NCBI RefSeq assembly: GCF_964204645.1 | Contig: NW_027437437.1 | Span: forward strand, 1-64,000 | Reading direction: 5' to 3' | DNA length: 64,000 bases | Source: Tubulanus polymorphus | Taxonomy: Eukaryota; Animalia; Nemertea | Part shown: positions 11,855-23,279 of the stretch, piece after piece | Layout: every line of letters begins with the position of its first letter | Position numbering within the stretch: position 1 is the stretch's first letter | Program-made: the position numbers and the translations under genes | The notes under the pieces: generated by a model | Databases searched by the model: none | Told to the model about the DNA's origin: nothing | What the model saw: the letters and a program-made list of their open reading frames with translations, nothing else

Positions 11855-12190
11855 GTTGAAAATTGTATAAAATAATAGAAAATAAAAAGGGGGTTTTAAG
11901 TATTTAAGGTATCTAATACATATCTAATACATATTATTTGAAAATACCTTAAATTATATTTCTTTTTTAAATTTATGTTGAAACCTCAGTAATAATAAAT
12001 AACCTTTATTATTTTCAAACTTATTCATACATTTGTTGAAAAAATAAAAATAAATTGGTTGAAAATTGTATAAATAATATTTATTTTAAAAAGGGGGTTT
12101 TAAGTATTTAAGGTATCTAATAGGGTAACAGGTATTAGGGTATCAGGTATTGGGGTATCTAATAGGGTATCTAATACATAGGTATATAAA
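11855..12190. repeat. Convergent intergenic region with two ~65-bp direct repeats and GGTAT(C) micro-repeats
   Basis: gttgaaaattgtataaa...aaaagggggttttaagtatttaaggtatctaata at 11855 and 12058. Confidence 0.75.
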
Positions 12191-12193
12191 TAG

Positions 12194-12754
12194 TTATTTT
12201 ATAAATCTATATTCATATGGAAATTGTAGTCTCAGTAATAATTTTGAACCTTTATTATTCTTTAATTTATTCATATATTCATCATATAATTCAGTAGGTA
12301 TAATTTGATTTTCTTCCAATGATTGTTGCATAGATTTTCTATCTTTATTGTAGAATAAAACTAGAAATCTTATATTCTCCCTAAAGTCTTTAACAATTGA
12401 ATTATATTTTTGATTTATTTTTGATTTCTCTAACTTTTGAATCATGTAAATTTGCGCAATCATCTACAATGAATAATGTATTTGATCCTTTATAAGTATC
12501 AATTGCTATTTTTATACAATTATCTAAATTTCTTTTACTGTTTTAGGATCTAATATAATAAACTTTTGTATCTTAACTATGCTTCTATTATATGTTTTAT
12601 TCATTTCATAAGTGGGGCAGAATAATATTATATTATCAAAATGATTCTTATAAATAGTTTCTAACAAGTCTAATATGAAATGTGTTTTACCACAATTAGT
12701 TACACCAGTTATTAACATATTATGCGGTTCAAATATAAATAAATCTTTATTCAT
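12194..12754 (-). pseudogene. A32/FtsK-like DNA packaging ATPase, frameshifted and internally deleted
   Basis: Walker A GVTNCGKT; Walker B FIVDD in another frame near 12465; the expected RH motif before QKYNSI is missing. Confidence 0.85.
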
Positions 12755-13865
12755 TTATTCTTTTAATTTTACTAGATAAAATCCATTCATTAAATTTATC
12801 ATCGTATCCTTTATATTTCACCAAAGAATACTTTTTTCGTTTAAGTGTTTTTGTTTTCAATACTTTTTCTATTTTGTATTCTATTTCATCTGGATTTGGT
12901 ACAAGTGATAATTCTTGTTCATAGAAATAACCTAATATTTCTTCATCTTTTAGATCTTCTAATTTATAAACAAAAGGTTTAGTTAATATTATCTTTTTAA
13001 TCTTGAATATTTCTTCTGTAAAATTTGGGGTATAACCTTTATAAAATGTTTTTCTATATTTAGATATTCTTACGTGTTGTCCAATTTTAAATTTAGGTTC
13101 TCCGAAATCATGTGTAACAAATGCTCCATATAAATTATTCCAAACTATTTCCGAATTATCTTCTTTTCTAGCTTGTATAGGTTTCATATTTATAGAACTA
13201 TGTTTAGAATTATTATAACCTTTCACTAAATCATCTAACACATCGATATATTTATATGTTTCATTAGCAGTAAAATATTTCCACATTCTAGTTTTCAATG
13301 TTTTATTAAATCTTTCTATAATAGATGCTTTTTTATCTGAATGTGTTGAAAAATAATCTACATCGTTATCAGATAATAGTTTTTTAAAATGTTTGTTATA
13401 AAATTCCTTACCTTCATCAAATTGTATCCTATCTGGAATAGCTTCTTTAAATATTGATTTAAAAGCATTTGTCACTTCTATAACAGTTTTATTTTTGATT
13501 GGAATTGACCATGCGTATCTACTGAATATGTCTATAACATTCAGTATCCAGAAATATCCTTTGTTGTATTCTTCTAAGTTCTTCATGTCAAGCAAATCAG
13601 CTTGCCATTGTTGATCGATATATGAAACCATAACTTTTCTTGTTAAATAAGTTTTATCCATTTTCTTGTGGATTTGATATGTTGGTTGATTTTGTAACCA
13701 TGATTTTAATTCACTATATTTTATATCACCGTGTGGGTGCCATACGGCACCACCACCATTTTCATTATCAGATTTAATTTTATCCCATAATTCTGAAACG
13801 TTAGAATATGATACTTCACTTTCTGGGTTATAATATAAATCTCTTAAATATTGTTCTTTTTTCAT
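12747..13865 (-). CDS. Retroviral-like (rve) integrase with C-terminal chromodomain
   Basis: QWQADLLDM, IQFDEGKEF and IIERFNKTLK give the DDE triad; chromodomain YKIEKVLK...YSLVKYKGYDDKFNEWI. Confidence 0.95.
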   Translation of the reverse strand: MKKEQYLRDLYYNPESEVSYSNVSELWDKIKSDNENGGGAVWHPHGDIKYSELKSWLQNQPTYQIHKKMDKTYLTRKVMVSYIDQQWQADLLDMKNLEEYNKGYFWILNVIDIFSRYAWSIPIKNKTVIEVTNAFKSIFKEAIPDRIQFDEGKEFYNKHFKKLLSDNDVDYFSTHSDKKASIIERFNKTLKTRMWKYFTANETYKYIDVLDDLVKGYNNSKHSSINMKPIQARKEDNSEIVWNNLYGAFVTHDFGEPKFKIGQHVRISKYRKTFYKGYTPNFTEEIFKIKKIILTKPFVYKLEDLKDEEILGYFYEQELSLVPNPDEIEYKIEKVLKTKTLKRKKYSLVKYKGYDDKFNEWILSSKIKRINE

Positions 13866-13871
13866 TCTATT

Positions 13872-14321
13872 TTAATCCATTAATATTAATCTTGGTTTAT
13901 TTTCAATGACTTTATCATTTGACTTATTTGGTATGATAGGTTTGTTGTCATTGGAATCATTATTGTTATCATCAGATTTGAATTTTGATTCATATATTAC
14001 GCCGGAGAATATAATAATTGTGATTAACCCAATTGTAATATATAAGTAATTATGAGCTGTGCTGAATCTATTAGATGGATTATTATTTGAATCAATATCA
14101 GATAAAGTCTGTGATTCATTTATATCAGTTAATTTCTTTTTCTTAGCTTTTTTTAATTCTGAAGATCTTTTACCTAATTCTCTTGCCCATTTCATTTGTT
14201 TCTCTATATCAGTTAATTTCTTTTTCTTAGCTTTTTTTAATTCTGAAGATCTTTTACCTAATTCTCTTGCCCATTTAATTTGTTTTTCAGATCTAGCCTT
14301 TTTCTTAACGCTATCACTCAT
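13872..14321 (-). CDS. Basic protein with a duplicated 28-aa Lys/Arg-rich repeat and one TM helix
   Basis: EKQ.KWARELGKRSSELKKAKKKKLTDI twice; YLYITIGLITIIIFSGVIY. Confidence 0.75.
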   Translation of the reverse strand: MSDSVKKKARSEKQIKWARELGKRSSELKKAKKKKLTDIEKQMKWARELGKRSSELKKAKKKKLTDINESQTLSDIDSNNNPSNRFSTAHNYLYITIGLITIIIFSGVIYESKFKSDDNNNDSNDNKPIIPNKSNDKVIENKPRLILMD

Positions 14322-14329
14322 TTATTTTA

Positions 14330-14916
14330 GTTAATTTTTGTTCTGATTCATTTTCTGTTTCGACGTTTGGTTGTAGTACATCTGTTTCGTTCTTACCTGA
14401 TTTATATTCCATAGGCTTGATGTTCGAAAATGTAATGACACCAGTAGAAATTAATGTCATAACCGATCCTAATTGGAATGAAGCATAACCAACCCATTTT
14501 TGTAATAACTGTCATAACTAAGTAGTCATTTTTCAAATCACTATATAATTTATTTTCATCATCAATTGGTATTAACTGGTTACATAACTTAGAGTAACAT
14601 TTGACAATACCATCTGAAATAGAATCATTTATTCTAGCTAATCGAGCTTCTTCATAAATCTTAAAATATTTTATTACTTTATCGGGTTTCATAGAGTCTA
14701 GTTCTTGAAAAGTAATGATTCTATTTAAAACTCATTAGTTTTTCCACCGGCAATCAATAGTTCTATATGGTGCTTATAATATAAATAGTATTCATAATCT
14801 TTATTGTTATTAACTTGAATAGAATTAGAAACAACTGTATCTTTATTATCACTAATACCCAAATCATCTAATGTCTTTTCAATATCAATACTATTCTTAT
14901 TAGATTTCTTTGACAT
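14330..14916 (-). pseudogene. Conserved Polinton hypothetical protein, frameshifted
   Basis: The 63-aa and 96-aa ORFs join across a frameshift (LIAGGKTNEF/LNRIITFQELDSMKPDKV); TAAATG start; 3' end approximate. Confidence 0.65.
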
Positions 14917-15325
14917 TTATATTAGAGAAAAAAAGCAAAAAAAATATTATAAATATTCTTCAAATGATACTAGATAGTTAAAGTTAAAGAACTCTAGTAT
15001 TGACTACTGATACAAGCTAATTGAGTTTAAAGAATATCTATTTGAATCTATTCAAAATATAAAGTATTCTCTTTTGAAAAGAAAGTATTAAAAATATAAT
15101 AGAATTCACTAGCTAGTTGAAGTTATTGTTTTTTTATTATATTTTATTTGAATTAGGATTTAATATCTCACTACTATTGTCTATCTATAGGAGCGGTAAC
15201 TATAACTGTCCAGATAAGTCATTTCGGATTCTCGATAATAAATCCTAAAACTGAAAATAAATTCAAAGAAACGACTGGTGGAAATATTATTTCATAAACA
15301 CATATATTTATTATGTAAATTTTAG

Positions 15326-15690
15326 CGATCGATAATAGAACAATGGAGAACAATAGAAATGCGGTCCAATCGGACCGGTTATTGCGCAATACACGGTTAT
15401 ATTTTTATTCTGTAAACTACAACATTCACACATAGAAATGTAACCAATCAATATTGAGCAGCTGTTTCAGTCAACAACGATCAATAATAGAACAATGGAG
15501 AACAATAGAAATGCGGTCCAATAGGACCGGTTATTGCGCAATACACAGTTAACAGTAAACAATACAATACAGAACAACCGCCGCCATTAACAACGATCAA
15601 TAATAGAACAATGGAGAACAATAGAAATGCGGTTCAATCGGACCGGTTATTGCGCAATATTTAGTTAACAGTAAACAATACAATATTAAA
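15326..15690. repeat. Three copies of a ~66-bp palindrome-rich repeat
   Basis: cgatc(a/g)ataatagaacaatggagaacaatagaaatgcggtccaatcggaccggttattgcgcaata at 15326, 15478 and 15594. Confidence 0.9.
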
Positions 15691-16377
15691 ACAGATATAT
15701 ACAATCGGGATTACATTTTTGATATCTATATTACAAAGACCTTCAGTGTTATAATTTATAATTTTGTCCAGAATTCTTTAATTACTGGATTGTTTCCAAT
15801 CATTTCTTCAATTTCTGGTAAATATCTGACTACTTCACTAAATGCTAATCCTAATATTTTGAATTTTTCATATTTTATTAATCTACCTACTCTTCTCAGT
15901 TTTCTTTCAAAACCGGCACTGATATCTCCACTCATTTTCTTAGTTTTCGATTATTTGAGTCCCAACAGCAATTTAAGTCGCGTTGCTGGTAATTTTGGTA
16001 ATTGTAGTTCGCGCGGTAATTGTTTATTATGTATTACATCACTCAGAGTTTTCACCATTTCTTGATGATAGTCCAAATGTTCTTATAATTTTGTGAAGTT
16101 TGTTCGTCAATTACGAGAGTTTCATCCTCCATTTCTATTGATTCCTGAGTTTCACTATAAAATTTTCATCGTTATAACGTTCATTCCTAAATCTGTTGTT
16201 TTATGACTGTGGTATTGAGTTTCTGTATCTGGATGATTGCTGATAGTCGGAAATTAAAAATACTTCAACAACTCATTAGAATATTGCTGGGCTTAATAAC
16301 TTGGGTTTAATAAGGGCTATTTATAGACCAACAGTTGAAGTATTTAAATGATAGGCTAATTTAGTTCAAAGCCTACC

Positions 16378-16997
16378 GTGCAACAATTTTTCTGGGGACA
16401 TGAGAAAACTGAACGCCAGTTTCATCGAGATTCCAAATATGCATCGGTTGAGCATTTAGCAATACTTTTGTGGCCGATCTAAAGAACATTCCAACCTTCT
16501 TAACATTCATGCACTGATGTCGGATTGCCGCAGTGCCCTCTGGCTTTCGGAGTGCAACAGTGGGGTTTCTGGTTTTGAAGCCAGCCCAGAACTGGTCACT
16601 TGGGATAATCTAAAAGTAAAATATATATACCAGTATTAATTATAAGGGATAAACAACAACCTTTAAGTGAAAATCGTTGGCCTACCTGTTTAAATGGTGT
16701 CCCCCTTTTTAAGGCGAGATCACCTGCATATTTCAATAGATTTCCCTTTGAAAAACCGTAACCGAGGTCTGCACGGTTTTTCGCAAAATCCGCAAGTTTT
16801 GATTCATCTGCCTCAGACAGATTCGTCGGTCGACCTAGTTTCCTTCCTGCAGGAATTTTCCCACTTATTCGGTCATGTAATGTTGATTTTGGTACGCCAA
16901 AGTTTTTTGCTGCCGATAATATTGACATCCCATTCTGAACAGCCTCAACAGCTTCACCCATTTGCACTTCTGTCCAACGCCGATACACTTTTGACAT
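16378..16997 (-). pseudogene. Spliced pogo/Tigger-like (HTH_psq + CENP-B HTH + start of DDE_1) transposase fragment
   Basis: psq HTH MSILSAAKNFGVPKSTLHDRISG; after a GT-AG intron (about 16686-16610) exon 2 reads FWAGFKTRNP..LRKPE...IWNLDETG. Confidence 0.8.
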
Positions 16998-18150
16998 AGG
17001 CCTAAGTATGGCTCACTCGTCTTTGAGAATAAGAGACCTATTGCATTAATCCTTCAATTCAAGTTGCTATACAACCTTTTATACGGATATTTACCTTATA
17101 TATATAAACATGTATTTGCCATTAGCCATACAATTCAGTAAAACTTTTCCCGTCCAGATTTTGAAACATCATTTGACTCAATTTTTCCTCCTAGAAAATT
17201 GCTTTAGCTCATTCCAATGTTCGCAGTAAAAGTGACTGTAGCATGTATGATTCCCATCCATCAATTTTGTCTTGTTTCGTATTTTTAGCGAAAATCTCGA
17301 AAAAGTCTGACGTCGAGGCAGGTGGTGGCCAGACAAAGACATATTCTTGGGAAATATTTAAAGACGCATGGCAAACACACTTATTGTTCACTTTTTTCCC
17401 ATCCTTATTTTGAAATTGAAGTATTGTAATAAACTATTGATTTATTTTTGTTGATCAACGCAACTAGTTTTGTTGTTTTCTTTCTTAATTTACATTTGAA
17501 TTGGATGGTCATCTTGCGTAGGAGTCAGTTTGTCATCGAAGCAATAGAGTCTAACTTGTTGACGTCTCAGACGCAGCGGGGCAGGGCGGTCATTATATTG
17601 TGGACTTATCCAAATTACACTTACACATCCCAACGTGTTTCAGTGTGTAAACTCCGTCGTACTCGGCATTATAGGACAGTGAGGAATTGAGTTTTAGTCA
17701 CCTGAGCCCTCGGCTTGATTGGACCAAAAAGACCTTAACTGACTTCACAGAATTTGATTATGAGTCAAGGATTTTCTAAATTTCTGAATGCTTTCTCTGG
17801 TTTTAAGATCAATTCAAATTCAATCTTCAAAATATTTTATTGAAAGAAATTCTACTGAAGACAGATTTTGAAATGAAGGATATATCCAGGCAAATAATTA
17901 CAGCAAAATCAACTGATGATCATCAAGGTGAAGTTTTCATTCATCTTCGGCTAATTTGTCTACCCCTGATGATCGAAGCATTTTGGTTACTCGCGCCAAT
18001 TAGTCAGCCACAGTCGATTTTCATGCCATCTGACCTCTTTCCATCTGTAATTAAGCAATCAAATGTAAGAATTACTTAGGTAAGGAGCGGAATAATATAT
18101 AGATATCTTATGAGTTTGTTCTGAAAATCTATTACTACAGTCTCGTAGAG

Positions 18151-18204
18151 CATAGACACCAAGCCACGTGGCATTGGTATTTTAAGGGCTATTCAGTTTA
18201 CTCC
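18151..18204 (+). repeat. Dispersed host repeat, also at 60406-60459
   Basis: aagccacgtgg(c/a)attggtattttaagggctattc(a/g)gttt(a/g)ctccaaaacaagtc. Confidence 0.7.
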
Positions 18205-18997
18205 AAAACAAGTCAATGATTAACATTAAAAAAGCTTCATATCAAGGGTATGTCACAGGACTCGTGGCGCCCATGAATTATCATCCCATAATTACAATGA
18301 ATCCAATTCTGCATGTACGTTAGCACGACTGATTACTAATCCAAATATTGCATTACAAAAAAACAATTACGCAAAACGTCAAGTACTTACAGCATCTGAG
18401 ACAGTTGCGCTTCAGTTAGAGTGTTAAGTTACGTCTTTGGCTGTCGATGTCGAAAAAGCCTAATTTGAAACATACATTTGCGCACTGTGGTTTAATATTC
18501 CTGCAAGAATCCGCAAAGGAATTGAAGACCGTACCAAAAAAAGCTAGGCATTAAGTAAGTAGCCAACAATGATCATTGCTTCACCGAGTAGGCCTACTCA
18601 TTTGCTACCATACTCATATTATTAAAGAAATCATTTAATACATTCCCTGGTTAACGGATTCTCACCTTAAAATACATAAACTCCGCTGTCGTTGTCATCG
18701 ATCCGAGTCGTCAACTGAACGCAGAAGTAAAATTCCGTGTGAAAATTCCTACAATTTCTGTCCATATCACATTGATTTGAGCCCGAAATCTTCAGGAAAT
18801 GTAGCCAACGTAAATTGATTTACGAATAGAATTAATCAATTGACTCATTTTAGAAATCATGGTTTCGTGAAATTCGTTAAAGTCCTAAAACTCGCGATAA
18901 ATTTAAGCCGAAAATTATTTCAACCATCCACCATGTTGTTTCATTAATAAACAAATTGGTGCGCGCCGGCGCAGCTACGTGTCCTTCCTAAATGCAT

Positions 18998-19067
18998 GGT
19001 TTCACTAGGATTCGAACCCTCGACCTCTCAGTTGGGAGTCAAACACCTTATCCACCATGCCACAGGA
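18998..19067 (-). mobile_element. tRNA-derived SINE head or tRNA pseudogene
   Basis: A box TGGCATGGTGG and B box GGTTCGAATCC on the minus strand; acceptor and anticodon stems pair poorly. Confidence 0.65.
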
Positions 19068-19377
19068 CAGGACACTGTTTTTATCGTTAGTGGGAGTACC
19101 CGGACAGGGCGAGTCGCGATTGCTACTATCATCCGGTGTTATCTTTCAGTAAGTAATTTTAAGTTTAAAATAGGACGGAGAGTGCATAGATATAATCTAC
19201 GCGGAGCGAATGCGTGTTATATTACTATCAGAATTCTACATTTCAATTAGAAGCTGTTAGTTGTCGAATCTGATAGAAGATGAATTTTATGTGCGAAAAA
19301 AGTGGAAAATATGTAAGTAATTATAATAACAATCAACAGAATTACAAGAGGGTTTTCGACGAAAGTCAGAAAACCCT

Positions 19378-21543
19378 AATAAATGTGTTTGATTTAGTCA
19401 AATTGCCAAAAACAAAAGGTAATAATATAAAACATTATACATTAGAACCTCTATACTTAGCAAAAGATTATGATTCAAATGATGTTATAGATATATTATA
19501 TTATAAGAATCATTATATGTGGATTAAAAGAATTGATTTATTTTTCAAATCAGAAATGATTTTGATAATAAAATATATCTATGTAGAAAATGTATAACTA
19601 AATTCAGAACTGAAAGTGCATTATTAAATCATAAACAATTATGTGAAAATCATGATCATTGTAAAATAGTTTTACCAAATGACAAGGATAAAGTATTAGA
19701 ATTCAAAAAATATAATTACAAGAATAAAGTACCATTTGTTATATATGGAGATTTTGAATCATTAAATAAAGAATTAACTGATCAAGATAGAAAAGAAATA
19801 TATCATAAAAGAAATAAATTAAATTCTAATGAAAATGATGTAATTGATTATTCAGATCCTCTAATAACAAATACTATTAAAAAAATTCATCAATCAGCTG
19901 CAGCTTTCGGGTTATATATAAAATCTGATTACCCAGAACTAATTAAAAGTGAATATTATAATTATAGAAATGAAAATGTTATCAATCATTTCAATTAATG
20001 AGATATAAAGGCGCAATACCATATTCATTTTATAAATCGCATAATTATTTCAATATAACTGAATTAGTAAAAGAACAATTCTATGATGAATTAAAAAATG
20101 AATATGTTAAAGATGAAGCATATAATAGAACATTTAATATTTGGAATCATTTTTAAATAACAAATCATGGACAATAAGTAGATTTATATCTAAAATCAGA
20201 TGTATTATTATTAACTGATATATTTGAAAGGTTTAGAGATGTAAACCTAAAATATTTTAATATTGATCCTTGCCATTGTTATTCATCACCAGGATTAACT
20301 TGTGATTGTGGTTTAAAATTTACAGATATAAAAATGGATTTGTTAACAAATATAGATCAATTATTATTATTTGAAAAATCTATAAGAGGAGGAGTTTCAG
20401 GTGTATTAGGTGATAGATATTTCAATGTAAATGATAATCCTGGATATAAGTTATTATATATAGATGCAAATAATCTTTTTGGATGGGCAATGATGGAACC
20501 ACAACCTTATGGAGTATTTGAAATAAGTGAAGTTTTACAACATGAAAATAATGATAGATTTGATTGGAAGAAAAGAATTCTAGATATTGCAGATGATTCA
20601 GAGACTGGTTACTTCTTTGATGTAGACTTGGAATATCCTGAAGATAGAAAATTTAAATCTAGAAATCTAGCATACTATCCAGAACATAAAACTGTAACGC
20701 ATGAAGAATTATCAAATTATCAAAAAAGAGTTAAACCCGAAAATCATATTCATACAGAAAAGTTAATGGTAACTTAGGAAGATAAATATAAGTATGTAGT
20801 GCATTATAGAATGTTAAAATTCTATTTGAATCAAGGATTGATCCTAAAAAAGTACATAGATATATTTAATTCAGTCAATCTAAATGGTTAGAAAAATATA
20901 TAGATTTTAACACCAAACAGAGAACTAAAGCTAAAACTGATTTTGAGAACGATTTCTTCAAACTAATGAATAATGCATTCTATGGTAAGACTTGTGAAAA
21001 TCTTAGAAATAGAAATGATATTGAGTTAGTTTGTAATGGTAAAAGAATTAGACATTTACAAACATATCCTAAGTTCATAGGTAACAGAATATTTGATGAA
21101 AATTTAGCTGCAGTTGAACATCTATGAAATTTAATAAACCAATTTATGTTGGAGCTACAGTTTTAGAAATATCGAAGTTATTAATGTTTGAATTCTATTA
21201 TAACATATTACAACCTCATTTTGGAGAAAAGCATATAGAAATCGTATATTTTGATACTGACAGTTACAAGTATTAAAGATAAAAATTAATAACATAACTG
21301 ATGATTTAAAAACATTAAAACATCATTTCGATTTTAGTAATTATCCTAAAGATCATGAATTGTTTAACAATGATGATAGAAAGGTGCCTGGTAAATTCAA
21401 AGTTGAATTAGGTGGTGAAGAAATGATTGAATTCATTGGTATTAGATCTAAAATGTATTCATATAAAACTAAAAATCATGAATCAAAGAAATTGAAAGGA
21501 ATTACTAAAAGTGTAGTAGAAAAAAATATTCATTTCAAAGATA
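19378..21543 (+). pseudogene. Degraded pPolB of a related Polinton (probably copy C)
   Basis: Homologous to pPolB from INVFDL to NIHFKD, with stops, frameshifts and a ~550-bp deletion near 19990 removing the EndoVII/Exo II region. Confidence 0.9.
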
Positions 21544-22010
21544 AGGCCAAAAAAAGATGTCTTGTTTCTCATGATTTTGAAATCCCGCCCGCATCGGAAA
21601 AATCATCGGCAAATTAGCGATAAAAATAAAGTCCGCCCTACCGCATCATAGCTCGAAAATAAAATTTGTTTTTTATAAAAATTAAAATCCGCCCGCCCGC
21701 ATTGATATAATACGCATATCGTCATCTTTTTATCATTTTATTTCTCTATGAACGTATCGAGAAAAGTTGATCGTATAAATATCATCGGCACCACACTGGT
21801 GACTCGAACCCATATCAACGGAGTCGGTTACCGTAGGCCTAAATGTCAAATGCCAGGGTCGCTGTGGAGCTTGATTTCTGGCGTGATTCTTATTTCGAAG
21901 CATCTTCACCCGTCAAAAATACTTACTTTATTCATCATAAGGTATTATATAATATATATCTGGTATCATTTCACTTGGACTTTGTATTTCATATATTCCT
22001 CCTTCCATTT
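21543..22010. mobile_element. Non-Polinton insertion, possible non-autonomous DNA transposon fragment
   Basis: Abrupt switch from pPolB to taaggccaaaaaaag..., with repeated ccgcccgc motifs; no second terminus found. Confidence 0.4.
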
Positions 22011-22032
22011 ATAATAAAAAGTTTTATTAAAA

Positions 22033-23272
22033 TTAAAATTCTAATACATAACACAATTTAATTGAGAATTTACAATATTTAATATAAATGTACATTTTAA
22101 AATTTTTGATTCCTTTATTCTTTGTCATGAATAATTGTATCCCATCTTTAGTGTTCTGTAATTTTTTTCCAGAACCATGTAATGAATTATCCTCTGTTGT
22201 TCTAAAATCTAACCATAATGCATATTTATTACCGGTATAATAATCAATTTGATTAATATTACAATTTTTAGATGATTTTACTTTTTCATTCATAAAATGT
22301 TTTCTAATTTCTGGCCATTGATCTATCATTCTCATTCCTTGACAAAATATTTTATTTGCTATACCTTCGATAGTTATTTCTACTTTTGTTATTTCAGGAT
22401 TATAATAATTATCGACCTGTATTGCGCCATTAGAATATGTTGCAATGGTAAAAAATATTAATATACCTTTAATAGATCTTCTTGGGAAGTTAATATTCTC
22501 ATTAATTATTTCATCACTTGCATTAATAGTTACAGTTTTAAATTTATCAATATAATAATATAATAATGAAAATCCTTGATTGTATTGAGTTTGAATTATA
22601 CTTGAAATATTTTCATCAGTTACTGTGTCATATTCTAAACATATATTCGATAATCTATAACCCATATCTTTAACAACGCTAGATAATACAATTTCATTAC
22701 ACAGGAGCAAATGTTATTTCGAATATAATATCTTCTTGAATTGCGTATTTATATAAAGGTGCATTATTATTTATCAATTCAAAATCTAATGGAATTTTAT
22801 GTTTGCTTCCATAAATCTTTTTGATCAAATTATCTGCGGTACGAGTTACTATTGCGTCATTCGCTCCTGATCTTAATTTATTTTGGTTTCCTGATTGGAT
22901 GCCTTGAAATATCATATTATTTCTATTTTCTTTAGTTAATAATAAATCTTTGTAATGCATAAATAAATTATAATCATCTAATGAGAAAACTGTTTCTGAA
23001 CAAATCTTTATAGTTAATTTTTTAATCAAATATCTTCCAACATTATCAACAACATAATTATCATTATTACCAGTTACATTTATATCAGCTGATAAATAAA
23101 TACTATTTGGAACATAAAAAGTATTTTGTGTTAATCTAGGGATTCTAACATTTAAAGTTTCATCAGGATTACTATTAGAAGGGTTATGAGTAATTGTATG
23201 ATGAGATCTTTCTGCTTTAATAGCATTAGATATTCTAGGATTCTTAGAAGGATTTATATAACTCCCACTCAT
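22033..23272 (-). pseudogene. Putative major capsid protein of copy C (frameshift near 22700, small 3' deletion)
   Basis: The 191-aa and 225-aa ORFs align with 9718-10965. Confidence 0.7.
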
Positions 23273-23279
23273 TTATTTA

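Larger units (their letters stand above)
1..16158 (+). mobile_element. Polinton/Maverick copy A (left end outside window, right end truncated)
   Basis: Matches 37845-54002 at a constant offset of 37844; identity ends after ...ttcactat at 16158. Carries pPolB, integrase, ATPase and capsid-like genes. Confidence 0.95.

Noticed and set aside
15326-15690. CRISPR-like array
   Set aside because: Only three ~66-bp units, unequal and partly repeated spacers, no cas genes, eukaryotic TE context.
17209-18990. Short ORFs as host genes
   Set aside because: No recognisable domains; probably TE-derived noncoding sequence.
18998-19067. Functional tRNA gene
   Set aside because: A and B boxes are present, but the acceptor and anticodon stems do not pair; fits a SINE head.
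19280-19597. 105-aa ORF, and the 95-aa ORF at 29209-29496
   Set aside because: Chance chimeras of pPolB relics with flanking or LTR sequence.
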